Notes: a model not told the origin generated them from the letters alone. Shown: positions 36,680 through 50,579, counted from the first letter of the stretch. The stretch is 64,000 bases of DNA from Octopus sinensis (GCF_006345805.1 NC_043003.1:4712001-4776000); one strand, 5' to 3'. A program made the numbers and translations.

Positions 36680-37769
36680 CGACATAGTAGGAGAGAGAGA
36701 GAGAGAGACAGAACGATATAGTAGGAGAGAGAGAGAGGGAAGAATTTGTTGACGTTTATTGAGAATTTGGAGGGAGAAAGTACCAACAATATTGAGAGAA
36801 AGGCGAATCAACGTGGTTTTCACTTTGTATGCAAGAAAGCATTCTGTCACTTGAAGAGGAATGCGCGTGTGTGGTGTGTGCTATGCATACACATACACAC
36901 ACACACACACACACATGTATATGTACATATATGTGTGTGTATATATATTCGCGTTTGTACACACACACACACACATATATATATATACACATACACGTAT
37001 TCCAGTATATGTCTCGGTGTATTTATATGAATATATGTGTATAATGTTAAAACGAAATCAACAAAACGTTATCAATAACAAAAGACAACAATGTAAGCAA
37101 CAGCAACAACAACAACAATAGTAACAACACGAACAACAACAAACGGTACCGGTAAAATTGAATTAAGCGCCCCTTCACCCCCCTCCTCCTCCTACAAGAA
37201 CCCACATTTTACACGAACATAATGACGGAAATTGAAAGCAAAAAAAAAGCTTAAGAAATAAGATTGGATTTTTAAGCAGAAATAATTAATGAGGTGTGTG
37301 TGTGTGTGTGTGTGTGTGTGTTGTGTGTGTGTGTGTGTGTGTGTGTGGTGTGTTGTGAATTAATATGAAGTATTGTCCTAGGAACACAGAATATCTTTAC
37401 CCATGGTCCAATGAATACCACTCGACCAATTGGTTAGGAGATCGTGCTGTCGTTGAATATATTATTCGATAGCGCTCTGTCCTAACTACTTCATTATTTT
37501 TCCCTGTTATAATGAGATTTAGCCCGAGGCCAGTCCTGACACAGGACATCTACAATTAAACATATCCCAGCCACGACCACCCTGTTTTATATTTATTTTA
37601 CATATCTGGTGTTTGGATGATTACATCATCCAATGAATTCTATTTTCAAAGTTTAAAATATGATTTTAGTGTAATTTATCGACATTTCCTAGCCTTAGCG
37701 ACTGAAGCGACCTCTGAACCTTGACCCCCATACGTTGTCACGCTATAATGAAGTTATTAAAGGGTTGAT

Positions 37770-38275
37770 GTCATCATCATCATTGTTCGACCGTGGTCGA
37801 GACAATGGAATTTACTATGTTACGCCAGTCTTCACGGTCCATCATAGCATTATGGAGGTCCTGTTGCTGGATGCCTATATCCCTGGAGATTACATCAGGG
37901 TAGGAGAGTGTGTGCCCTTTCGTATGGCATACAGATGGATTCCAGAGGAGAAGAGGAGAAATTACCTCGTTTTCAGCTCTACAACAATGTCCAACGAACT
38001 GGACTCTTCTACCTTTCACAAGAGATGATACAGGTGGTAATTTCCCAAATATTTGTACTTTGGTTGGATGACGCTTCCACGAGATATTTTGAGCTCTCAT
38101 AAGAAGGCGAGTGTAGGTTCCATCCAACCGTCTCTCAAGCTTCTTTGATAATGTCCAGGTTTCTGAGCCATATAGTAGAATTGGTTCGACTGTGGCTTTG
38201 AAGATTTTAAGTTTAAAATCTCTACTTAGATTTGATGACCAGGTCTTATGCATATCATTACAGGCTGACCAGGGT
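37770..38275 (-). mobile_element. RTE-clade LINE, 5'-truncated 3' end with (TGA)n tail
   Basis: An uninterrupted frame WSACNDMHKTW...KIFKATVEPILLYGSETWTLSKKLERRLDGTYTRLLM...QFVGHCCR...AMMDREDWRNIV..EQ* is followed by a TGATGATGA tail. Confidence 0.88.
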
Positions 38276-39000
38276 TGATGTACTGCAAGATAGCTAGAAA
38301 GGAAGCTAGAATATTTTGTGGTAATCACATTCTTTTATGCTCAGAGTTCAAATCCTGCCGGTACGGTCTTTGTCTTTCGGACTGGGGACCATGAAATTCA
38401 TTGCACCTTTTTCCGGTAGGTTGTGGCCGGATATCTGTACTGAAGTTGATATCTACCGCAAACGTGTTAGTGGTTAGGCTTCCATCTCCTCTACTTCTTT
38501 AACTTGAGCAAAGTTCTGTCTATCATAGCGTCATGTTGACCAATTCTGGCCGATAAAATTGCTCGTAATGGGAACTGTTTATAAACCTAGGTTCCAATGT
38601 GGTGCGTTGTGTTCTTGCGCAAAACACATCATCTCAACGCCAGAAAATGTTGTTGACAAAATACGGCAGAAATTGTGTTCACCTCAATAGAGGTCATTGA
38701 TTGGTTGAAATTGCCGAAATGCGAGAAATTAAACAAAAAATAGCTTACAAACTACAGAATTTTCTCAAGATAGCCAAGAGGTTACAAAGAAATTATTTTA
38801 AAAATCTGCCGGTCAAAGTGAAAAGATCCCACGATGCTCTGCGATGACTTCGACACCTGACGTGTCGCACACCTGTGCAACTATTCAGACAACATCGGTT
38901 GGATAGAGCGAGTTAGTTAATGTACTGCACCCACATTCGATCACTAGAAACAAATAATTTGTACAGGTCGTTTGGTAAAAAGCTGAATGCTCATATATGA

Positions 39001-40239
39001 TCAGGTTGAGTAAAAAGTAAGCAACGTTTTGAACCATGAAGAATTTGTGCCAGATTTTGTAGAGTTTTGAATTTTTAAAAAATATTGTTTTTGAAATTGT
39101 CTGATAACATAGACATAAACTTGCCGAAATGCATCAATAAATTAACATTGATATTTTTTCACCGTTGTTACCATCATCTGAAATTCGAGCAATTTTGATA
39201 TTCAACTTCAAAAAAGGACGTAAAGCAGCTGAAACTCCTCGCGATATCAACGAAATGTTTGGTGAGGAAATGACCAGTCAGTGGTCAGCTCGAAAATGGT
39301 TTAAACGATTTCGTAGTGGAGACCTGAGCCTTGAAGATCGTGACTGTAGTGGACGAACATCTGTCATCGATGACGGTCAATTAAAGGCCGTTATTGAGAA
39401 AGATCCACGTAAAACCACTCGAGAACTCGCGAAAGTACTTCAAGTTAGCCAGAAAACTGCCTGCAACAATAAGCTCGACAAATGGGTACCACACAATTTG
39501 AATGAAAATCAAAAAATGCACAGATATGAAATATGCTCATCGCTTCTTCTCCGTAAACAGACTAATTCATTTCTCGACCGCATTGTAACTTGCGATGAAG
39601 AGCTGATTCTGTACAATAACAAGAAACGTTCTTCGCTGTGGTTGGACCAAAAGGAAGCACCGAAAACCTTCCCTAAACCCGAGCTCTTCAAAAAGAAGGT
39701 AATGGTAATTGTTTGGTGGTGTACTGCTGAACTCATCCACTATAACTCGTTTTAAATTGCAAAAAACCATTACAGCAGAAATATGTTGCTATGAAATTGC
39801 CAAAATGAACTAAAAACTGCTACTCCTCCGTCCCCGACTGGTCAACATAAGAGGACCAACCATTCTTCATGACAATGCTCGACCACACGTTTCACTAATG
39901 ATACTCCAGAAGTTGATGGAACTTGACTACGAAGTTCTTCCCTACCCAGCTTATTCCCCAGACCTTTCTTATTACTGACTACCACAAATTTCAAGCAGCT
40001 TGTGGATTTCCTGCGACAGGAGTTCAAAAATCAAACCAATGTTGAAAGTGCGTTCAAAGAGTTCATCAGCTCCAGAACTCCAGATTTTTGTGTACCGAAA
40101 GAAACAAACTGGTAACTCGTTGGCCAAAATGCGTTGATCGTAATGGTACTTCCTTTGATGAATACAATTTCCGCATTGTTCAAATATATTTTGATAAATT
40201 CCATGTTTCAAAACGTTGCTTAGGTTTTACTCAACCTGA
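39001..40239 (+). mobile_element. Full-length mariner (Hsmar1/cecropia-like) DNA transposon, 1239 bp, inactive
   Basis: TIRs TCAGGTTGAGTAAAAAGTAAGCAACGTTTTGAA (39001) and TTCAAAACGTTGCTTAGGTTTTACTCAACCTGA (to 40239). TA is present at 40240-40241, and the left flank reads GA. Confidence 0.93.
39165..40163 (+). pseudogene. Mariner transposase pseudogene (D,D34D family)
   Basis: HTH region, WVPHNL, TCDE, HDNARPH, YSPDL and the terminal RWPKCVDRNG are present. Defects are an internal deletion before NKLDKWVPH, a stop at 39753-39755, further stops and frameshifts. Confidence 0.92.
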
Positions 40240-40240
40240 T

Positions 40241-40279
<39 letters not shown>

Positions 40280-40345
40280 CAACATACATACATACATACA
40301 TACATACGTACATACATACATACATACATACATACATACATACAT

Positions 40346-40384
<39 letters not shown>

Positions 40385-40494
40385 TATATATATATAACTT
40401 GCACTCGTTTATGCAATAGTAATGTTGTAACTGCACAACTAACATCTGGACTCCAAATAGCAAATAAAAGATGCAACGATATGGTTTAATATTT

Positions 40495-40960
40495 CGGAAC
40501 AAGGCCTGCAATTTTCTGGGGAGTGGCTAGTCGATTACATCAGCCCCACTCCCACCCCAATGTTCAAATAGTATTTATTTTATCGAGCTCGAAAGGATGA
40601 AAGGCTAAGTCAACAATGGCGGAAATTGAACTCAGAATCTAAAGATGGACGCAATCCCGCTAAGCCTTTTGTCAGATGTGCTAACAATTCTGCCACCTCA
40701 CCGCCTTACTAACGACATCAACAACAACAATAAATAAAATCAATATTGAGTCCAAATTTTGGCAGGAGACCAGGAATTTCGAGGGAGGGGGTGAAGTCGA
40801 TTTTATTGACCCCAGTACACAACTGGTACTTATTTTATTGACTCCGAAAAGATGAAAGGCAAAGTGGACGTTGGTGGAATTTGAACTCAGAACGTAAAGA
40901 CGGACGAAATGCCACTAACCATTTTCCCGGCGTGCTTACCGTTCTGCCGGCTCGCCGCCA
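40495..40960 (-). mobile_element. Two tandem SINE family B copies (alternative tail type)
   Basis: Copies at about 40495-40710 and 40760-40960, each with the B head and a tail different from 23316-23563. Confidence 0.75.
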
Positions 40961-41059
40961 ATTCTTTTTTTCTACAGACACACGTCTTAACATTACATCG
41001 ACCCGTGTACTCGATTGGTGTATAATCAATCGAATCCGAGAAGATGAACGGGCAATAAT

Positions 41060-41210
41060 GACTTCTCCTTAGCGAAACTTACCGATGGACTTGCTAAGAC
41101 AGGGGGAGATATATCGATGGTTATATATGGATGACGTTAAGTGCTACCGATGGGAAAAGACTGGATTCGCTTGTCCACACAGTCAGGATATTTTCTCACG
41201 TAAGAAAATG
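41060..41210 (+). mobile_element. Decayed R4/Dong-type RT fragment
   Basis: LYMDDVKCY (41121-41147) is followed after a frameshift by LDSLVHTVRIFS, matching the YMDDLKLY...LDSLxxTVRIFS region of R4/Dong RTs. Confidence 0.55.
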
Positions 41211-41654
41211 ATTTGAAAACTAGCAAACAGAAGACAATAAACTGCAACCCACCAAAACGACCAGTTGAACTTGTAGGACAATATAGACAATGATTGGAAT
41301 CGATCGGTGATTTAAAACCAATTAATGATAATAAACAGCATGTTTTGGTCTTATTAGAACTCTTCAGCGATGCACATTATGCTCAATTGGCAAAAACCTA
41401 AGTGACAAATATGTTACAAAGAGAAGCAAGTAGATATTTATTCCGTCAATTCATTTCGATTCAATATGGTATCATTTCCCACCAACGTTACGGAGAGTGT
41501 TGCCTACTTAGGGTCAGCGGCAAACTATAAGTACCAAGAACTGAGTCGATTTCATCGATCAATATATACCCTCTAAGCAGATGGCCTTGTGCCTCAATTA
41601 GAAACAATTATTATTATCATTCCTTGTGTGCACGAATGTTTTACATTCGGAATC

Positions 41655-41745
41655 AATGTCTTTGAGACGAGGTCGCAACCGTTTTACTTAGATATCGACG
41701 AACTTTCTTACAATCCTTGCTGTTACCAATAAGGCAGATTTCTGA
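41655..41745 (-). mobile_element. R4/Dong-type LINE extreme 3' fragment
   Basis: QKSALLVTARIVRKFVDI* (41744-41688), compare ALLGTARIL at 54490-54520. The 5' break abuts an (AAT/AAC)n tract. Confidence 0.6.
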
Positions 41746-41765
41746 GCTGCTACTGCTATTATTTA

Positions 41766-41802
<37 letters not shown>

Positions 41803-41828
41803 GTTGTTGTTGTTGTTGTTGTTGTTGT

Positions 41829-42220
41829 TAAGGCGGCGAGTTGGCAGAAATGTTAGCACGCTGGACGACATACTTAGCGGTATTTCGTCTGCCGTTACGT
41901 ACTGATTTCAAATTCTGCCGAGGTCGACTTTGCCTTCATCCTTTCGACGTTGATAAATTAAGTACCAGTTATGCACTGGGGTCGATGTAATCGACTTAAT
42001 CCGTTTGTCTGTTCTTGTTTGTCCCCTCTGTGTTTAGCCCCTTGCGGGTAGTAAAGAAATAGCTATTTGACCCGTCGCTACGTTCTGAGTTCAAATTACG
42101 TCGAGGTCTACTTTGCTTTTCATCCGTTTGGAGGTCGATAAATTAAGTACCAGTTACACACTGGCGTCGACTAGCCCCTCCCCCACAATTTCAGGCCTTG
42201 TGCCTGTAGGAGAAAGGATT
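41829..42220 (+). mobile_element. SINE family B with a tandem second partial unit
   Basis: Full unit at 41829-42060, then the body is repeated at 42061-42170 with the alternative tail. Confidence 0.8.
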
Positions 42221-42346
42221 ATTGTTGTTGCTATTGTCGCTGCTGCTGCTGCAGTTCTTGTCGTTCTGCAGTTCTTCGAGTTTATAAAGCCAGACTTCAC
42301 ATGTTCTACAAGATAACTTGGGTGGTCCTGTACTGTCCCTACCGCT

Positions 42347-42444
42347 ACAAGAAGACACTTGCCCAAGATGCCACGCAGTGAGACTGAACCCGGAACCATG
42401 TGGTTGGTTAGCAAGCTACTTACCACACAGCCACTCCTGCGCCT
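42347..42444 (-). mobile_element. SINE family A head fragment
   Basis: Reverse complement AGGCGCAGGAGTGGCTGTGTGGTAAGTAGCTTGC... Confidence 0.8.
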
Positions 42445-43371
42445 ATATATTTCATTCTTAAACAAAATAGATTGTTAACAGTGTACCATCCAAGTACCTG
42501 GGTACAGAGTATGTTGGGAAGTCAGATGAGTTGTTACATGTCTATCACCTGGTTGAAATATTAAGGACTTGGTGTATTACTACTCCCAGACACGAATATT
42601 AGATTAGGGGATATTAAACCATGTCTAATGTTACCCCTCCACGATCTAGATATCAAGTCATTGGAATTAATAAAGAATGTATATGTTACTCCTGTACGAC
42701 CAAAGTATTAGACTGAGGGGGTTGATAAAGGCAGTATGTTACCCGTCAAGCACCTGAGAATCGGATTAAGGGTCGTTACACCAGGGGATATCTCATCACT
42801 CTACATCTGTATCTGTATGGGGACTTCTATTCGTATCAGGTATGAGGGAGGGGTGGGGCACAGGTGAAACCAGGTTATGTGCTAGGACTATCACTGAATT
42901 TCAAATCAAGTCAATGTTTGTTTCCTTATATTCATGTTTCACTTTAACACCTGAAACTTGACAGAATGGTGTGGTTGGTGACAGACAACTTAGAGTGATA
43001 ACTTCATCTTTAAGATCGTTATCAATCGATTGATAATGTGTGTGTGTGTGTATTGATGTGGGTCTGTGAGTGCCTGTCACATACACACACATAAACACAC
43101 ATGAGCAGTGAGGGAGAGAGAGAGACAGAGAAAGAGAGAGGACGGTGGTGGACAGATGTTTTGTGTGTATGGTGTATCAAGAAATACGTGTAGGTGTGTG
43201 TGTGTGTGTGTGCAAGTTGAACGTGTATGTACGTGTATGTGGGTGAAAGAGAGAGAAAATAGGTGGGTGGGATAGAGAATCGGGTTTGATACAGATAGAA
43301 AGAACAGAAGTACATAGAAACATGGAAATGTGCTGAGGGAATATATATATACACACACACACACACACACC

Positions 43372-43415
<44 letters not shown>

Positions 43416-43437
43416 CACACACACAATATATATATAT

Positions 43438-43512
<75 letters not shown>

Positions 43513-43652
43513 CATAGACAGAGAGAGAGAGAGAGAGAGAGAAGGTGAGAGAGATAGGAGAGAAATCTACTTATAGAGCAAATGAAACAGGGAATATGAA
43601 AAGATAGAGGAAAGGTAGGGAGACAGACGGGAGCGTGGGTGAGGACTAGAGG

Positions 43653-43765
<113 letters not shown>

Positions 43766-44645
43766 CTATTGAAAGACTTTGAAGAAGTGAATGGATGTTG
43801 GAGGAATAAAAAGGAAATGGTTGCAGTTGATGAAGTTATTGCGACGTTATCTGGTTTGGAATCTGAAAAGATTTCCATTCCTTGTTGAAGCCGAAACGGA
43901 GAATGGCTTTGCCTCCTTGCTCTCCGCTTTTATACAATGCCATATACAGACACGCACATAAGTATGTGTCTAGCCTTATATGCATACATACATATATATG
44001 TATGTATATTTATACATACACACACACGCACAAACATATGTACATATATACATATACGCTTTCATATACACACCCATACACCCTTATACTATTAATTACA
44101 TACAAAGTTTTATGCATACACATATATTGTTTCATTTATTCATTCATACACACACACATACATACATATATATATATATGTATACATACACTTTTCTAGG
44201 CAAGTTGACTTACAGGCAGATGCACATTAACCTGCATACATGCATTCCCTTCTGGTGCACACTCATACACGTATGCATCCATTACACAAACGTACTTGCA
44301 CATGCACACACACACGCACACACAAACATCTGTCTGTCTGTCTATCTCTCTCTATATATACACAAAATCACAAACTTACAATCAAAAACAACAAACACAC
44401 ATACCATTCAACCAACCTAGTCATTAACAACTGCCTTTGTATGTATTAATATGTTTAAATACGTGTGTATATATATATATATATATATATGCACATATAT
44501 ATGTGAATGTGTGTGTGTGCGTATGTGAGTGTGCACCAGTTTGTATATATATGCATGAGTGAGTTCCGTCTGTGCATACGCCAGTGCCTGCGTGTGTTTA
44601 CACACACATGCATGCACACACACACACACTCACACGTGAATAAAG

Positions 44646-44716
<71 letters not shown>

Positions 44717-45037
44717 ACACACACATATATATATATATATATGCATGTGTATGTGTATCTATACATGAACGCCTGTGGATAAGTATAAACCTATATCTGA
44801 GTATATATGTGTGTTGTTTGTATGTGTAGATGAGGATATATATATATATATATATAAATACACATATATGCATATATGTGTATATACATACACGTTTGTA
44901 TAAACACACACACAAATGAGGTGAGACTGAGAAAGACAGACGCAGAGAGGATGAGTATACATTGTGACTGTGTCTGTATGTATATTAATGAATGTTCGTA
45001 TATACATGTATCTATATAAATATAAGTATATACACAC

Positions 45038-45068
<31 letters not shown>

Positions 45069-45086
45069 TATACACTCATCTATACG

Positions 45087-45121
<35 letters not shown>

Positions 45122-46435
45122 TGTATGTGTATTTATATATGGGATGTATGTATGTATTATGTCTCTGTGTGTATGGCTGCAGATATATGCGTATTGCGCG
45201 TGCGCGGAGTGTGTATATAAAAGCGTCCATTTTGCCGGTTGAATGTGTGACAAGCTGAATGGAATGTTATGACTTGTTTCCGTACTCGAAGAACGGCCAT
45301 GATCAGCAACTGGCAATATAATTGGTTACAGCTCTGAAGACGAATAATTTTTCACCTGAGGTCACTACCATAAAATATATATTAAGTTAACCGGAAATTA
45401 TCTCTCATAGAAATACTACTGAATCTGGGTTCCATCAACTAGCCTATGCCATCCAAACCATAATTTCACACATACAAATGTCAAATTGAGCATCTCGTTC
45501 GGCCAGAGCTGCTTACTGGAACTGGCTATTAAACACAGCAGACAATAGGTTTAGACTGAAAGCCACAATGTAATAGATCATATTAATACAGTGTTTTATA
45601 TATCGTTAACTACCTCAACACTATTCAAAGATTTACTTCATTTAGTCAGACTAGAATACTTTGGCTTTTTTTCTTTCTTTTCTGTTTGGTAAATCCAGAA
45701 TATTTTGATATATATAAATTCCTCATTTGTCCTCCTAATTTACAATCGATGCAATCTTTCATAATTTCGCTTTTCTTTGCAAGAACCGCCACTCGACATC
45801 GTCTGCGTAGTCTTCCTGCGATTGTTTATTTTAACATGTTTTATATATGAGGAGACGTAAATAACGAGCGAAGAGTTGTGTCGACAGACAGGACAATTCT
45901 GTATTTGATATCGAAATCAGGTGGAATTTTTTCTTAATAATGATTATAATATAACGAGTATAATTTTAAAGGCGTCCTCACTGAACCAAGCTATTTCAGC
46001 AATCTCTTGCCTTCTCTGTGTCTGCCTGTCCGTCCGTCCATCTCTGTCTGTCCCTCTTTCGTGGGATCAACAGAAAAGGTGCCCCCTCCAGTCACAGATA
46101 AATATAATTTAATTGACACAGGATTTAAATGAAACCTTCTACAAATCTTCGTGATCCTCATTATGCAAGAGTCGGATGAATTTGAACAGTTCCACAGAAA
46201 GTCTTTGACTTTATCCATCCCAAAAGGTCCTTACTTCAATATTTTCTCTATAGTGTTTATAGCTTTATCTACTTCGAGTAACGAATTATTCTTAAAAACG
46301 AATTTCTTCACCTCTCTCGAAGATTCTATATTTTTATGACGCAAATAATATATACATATATGTGTGTGAGTGTGTAATTGTGTATGCGTATGTATGTAAA
46401 TAAAGTGTATATATGTATTTATATACATTTACATT

Positions 46436-46560
46436 ATTTACATTTGACAGATATTTGTCCTCATCATATTAACACAACATTTCGGCTGATATACCTTCCA
46501 GCCTTTCTTGGGGAAATTCGAACCTGGGTTATCATTCCTAAGGTATTTTTCGACGTTGTT
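46436..46560 (-). mobile_element. SINE family E fragment
   Basis: Matches 50580-50700 (TACATTTGACRGATATTTGTCCTCATC ... TTCGAACCTGG). Confidence 0.65.
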
Positions 46561-46618
46561 GCTGTTGTTGCGCTCTTACCCACTACACTATATGCCCCTG
46601 GGCAACTTTGAAGTCAGT

Positions 46619-47090
46619 TTTATTAATTATATCCCTTCATCCGAGACGATGCGAGAGGATGGTTAAGTAATAGTTAATTTAGATAGGATACAAAATAGTG
46701 AGTGAGGTGGAGGAAAGAAAATAGATGTGAGATATGTAGGGATACTGAAATTGTAGATCCATTTTTCAAGCAGAATGGTATATATGTAACATTCCAATAC
46801 CTTATGAGTAAAATCGAACAGAATTAAAAATGGGTCATTCCAAGTTGGATCTACAAATTCAATATCCCTACATATCTCACATCTATATTCTTTCCGCCAC
46901 CTCACTCTCTATTTTGTATCCTATCCAAATTAACTATTACTTAACCATCCTCTCACACCGTCTCCGATGAAGGGATATAATTAATAAATATCCTGGAAAC
47001 AGCTGTAAGACCTTCTATCTATAAATCTTCTAATGTCTACTCAGCCTTGGCTTTTTATTTCATTGCGCAAAAAATTCTTATATACACACG
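46619..47090 (+). mobile_element. Penelope-like pLTR remnant with an inverted partial copy (143-bp arms)
   Basis: Arms 46619-46761 and 46846-46988 are reverse complements with 9 substitutions, separated by an 84-bp spacer. The right arm runs into a hammerhead-like fold. Confidence 0.7.
46960..47011 (+). ncRNA. Type I hammerhead ribozyme-like motif
   Basis: GTCT-CCGATGA-A-GGGATAT(AATTAATAA)ATATCCT-G-GAAA-CAGCTG-TA-AGAC. Stem I is GTCT/AGAC, stem II is 7 bp, stem III is the palindrome ACAGCTGT, and the GUA site is at 47005-47007. Confidence 0.7.
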
Positions 47091-47199
47091 CTGACATATG
47101 ACCAACGTTGAACCCCTTATTCGCAAAATTACCGAACCTGGAACATAACTATCGTCTGTCTATAGCACTTATTCAGCATTACCTGACACCCTTACCTCT

Positions 47200-47252
<53 letters not shown>

Positions 47253-47347
47253 CACATACATACATATATATACATATACATACATATATATACATATATA
47301 CATACACACACATATATATATGTATATACATACATGCATGCATATAC

Positions 47348-47428
<81 letters not shown>

Positions 47429-48263
47429 TATATATATGCATGCATGTATGTACAGCTAGTGAAGATTTCCCTATAAAAATCTATGTCCTATATGATTCCT
47501 GCCGTATTATCTTGGGTGCATCTCCAATCTCTTCCTTTTTGTGCCTGCAATGAGGGAGCTGTGTGGTGTCGTGTCAGTGAGGTTTTCGAGGTGCTTTTAT
47601 GCGGTGAAGTTATAAATATATTGAAGTGAAATGTTTTAGTGTAGTTAGGTCTTCGAACTAAATAGACTCTTAAGATGTTCCGTTACTGGACGGTCATCTG
47701 GGGGAACTATGTAAATGATTGCAATAAATTATTCCTTCACCAAATTTTACTTCGCTTTCCTTTATTTATCCCCTCCTTCGCGGCACATTTTTGTCTAGTA
47801 AGAATCGTGTCACATATTTCGGTGGTGCGTTGGTAGCAGTAATAAATCTTCGCAGAAAGAGCTGGCAGGGTCAGTCTAAGTTCTGAGAGGAACCCAACGC
47901 CTCAAGGCTCGAATCTTCCTTTCATTCTGCTGACGTAATACAGCGACAAATACTTACAAGTTTGGTTCCTTCTTTAAAGATCGCAAACATCAATAAGAGA
48001 TCAATGACTTTTAGTTTTAGAAGGAAATCGGTTTGTAATGTGCATACATTATTAACTCTTGTATGTAGGCAGGTGCGTAGGTACGTATGTATGCATATAT
48101 GTATGTATATTTCATATATGTATGTATGTTTTTATATATGAATTTATATACTTAGGTAGAAATTCATACATACCTGTAGACATACGCAAACTAGTTACAC
48201 TTAGGCCCACATGTATAAACACATTCCAAATTAGACATAGAATCAGAGACACACACGCACACA

Positions 48264-48300
<37 letters not shown>

Positions 48301-48342
48301 TATAAATATATATATATATATAAATATATATATAATCTATAA

Positions 48343-48401
<59 letters not shown>

Positions 48402-48842
48402 CATATGTACTTCTCGAAGTACACATGTGTCTCTGCATGTAGATGCCAAAATCAAAATCGATTCCAGCAGAACTCGGTGCATAATGGCCAATAGTTGGTT
48501 CCTTAATGTTTTTGACATGGAATGCATGGATAGAAACTTAGAATATAAAGAAATTACGAAATGTCTGCGAATGAGGAGAGAATAGGAATAAGTGTGAAGA
48601 ATTTGGAATGGATTTAGAGATAATAGGTACTAATGTATGGTTTCGAATACCTGGAATTTTATCATGTTATATATGGAAAATGATATGAGTTTTTGCTCGG
48701 ATCGCAAAGGGGGGGGGGTGAGTGTGTATGCGTGTGTGTGTAAATGACACAGAATATTACTTGGAGGATGTGTGCACACATATGTAATCATAATGAAATG
48801 CATGTACACGCTCACACATCAATAAATACGTAAAAACATGAG

Positions 48843-48880
<38 letters not shown>

Positions 48881-48975
48881 TATATATATATATTATGTAT
48901 GCATGTATGTATGTATGAATGTATATATTTATATTATGTATGCATGTAGTATGAATGTATATATATATACTTATA

Positions 48976-49064
<89 letters not shown>

Positions 49065-50281
49065 ATATAATCACTCTCTCTCTCTCACAAGACCTCTCAC
49101 AGTATGAGTGTGTGTGTGTGTTTGTGTATATATGTATATATATGTATGTATGAGTCAAGGAGAGATAGCTCATACTAAACAAGGGTTACGATAATGTTAT
49201 CCAAGCTTCTGTATTAGTTTTACTTCGACTTCCCCCACCTCCGATCCCTAAACTGTTTCCATAAAATCTCTAAGAATTATATTAATTACAAACATAACGC
49301 ATCTACCGAAAACGAGTGAGAAACGTCTGTCATGAGGTAGCCACTGTGAGGAGATAAGCTATACAAGACACAATACACTTACACACACACGCGCACACTC
49401 ACACCTATGTATTTTTATGTGTATGTATGTATGTAGCTATGCACGGATATATACACACGGAAACGTAAACAGACGAACGATCTGTTCAGTATTTTGGTCC
49501 TAATAAATACATCCATCGGCATAACATTAACGTATAACTACATACATACATACATATATTAATAATTATATATACATATATAATTATTTCAAGGGAGAAA
49601 GTCGAAACAAGTCTTATTTCATCCTTACTGAATTAATGTACAAACTGACTCCCTGATAATTATCATTAAAGTGATTTTTTTCCCCTTATTTTATGAATAT
49701 ATATAAATATTACTTTATATAATTATGAGTATAATGATAATTAGTGTTCAGCAAAAATGTTTGCTTCGTCACATATCGAACTTTTAGAAATAGCAGCAAA
49801 AGAAATTAGCTATTTCTTCTACTATAAGAAGAATTTCCCAGACAATGTATACTCAAAAACAATTCACGTAGGCATAGAGGGGAAATTACGAAAGTTCACC
49901 CGGCATTTGATTACTTGTGGACGCGTTTCTGAGTTAGATATGGAGATGCAAGAATTACATCTCCATTCTAACATTCTCTTCATCAGCACAAAGATTTCAA
50001 TAATTTTAAATTATTATTACTGATTATATATATATATACAAGGGTTAAGGAATGGAGTGGATAAGATCCGGGTTACATAGATTTCACTGCGAGCGGAACC
50101 TCTGAATTGGTAAGTATCTAAGCGACGTGTATACCGCAGGCTAGTCTTCAGCCCAAGAAATATCTTGATTAAATTAAAGTTTACAATGTCGTAAAAAGGT
50201 ACATGTTACGCATGTAAGATTCAAGCAGACTTTATATATATATATATATATAGAATATATATATATAATATATATATAATA

Positions 50282-50435
50282 AGCGCGGGAGTGGCTGTGT
50301 GGTAAGTACCTTGCTTATTAACCACTGGCTCTGGTTCAGTGTCACTGCGTGGAACCTTGGGCAAGTGTTTTCTACTATAGGCCGACCAAAACCTTGTGAG
50401 TGGATTTGGTAGAGTGAAACTGAAAGGAGCCCGTG

Positions 50436-50485
<50 letters not shown>

Positions 50486-50578
50486 TGTGTGCGTGCGTAA
50501 TTGTATGTTTGTGTATCTATGTTTGTCTCCTCAACATCGCCTTACAAACAATGCTGGTGTGTTTACGCCTCCGTAAAT
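50282..50578 (+). mobile_element. SINE family A, 3'-truncated
   Basis: Head, central domain and a (TG)n expansion, cut at the junction with the SINE-E copy. Confidence 0.8.
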
Positions 50579-50579
50579 T

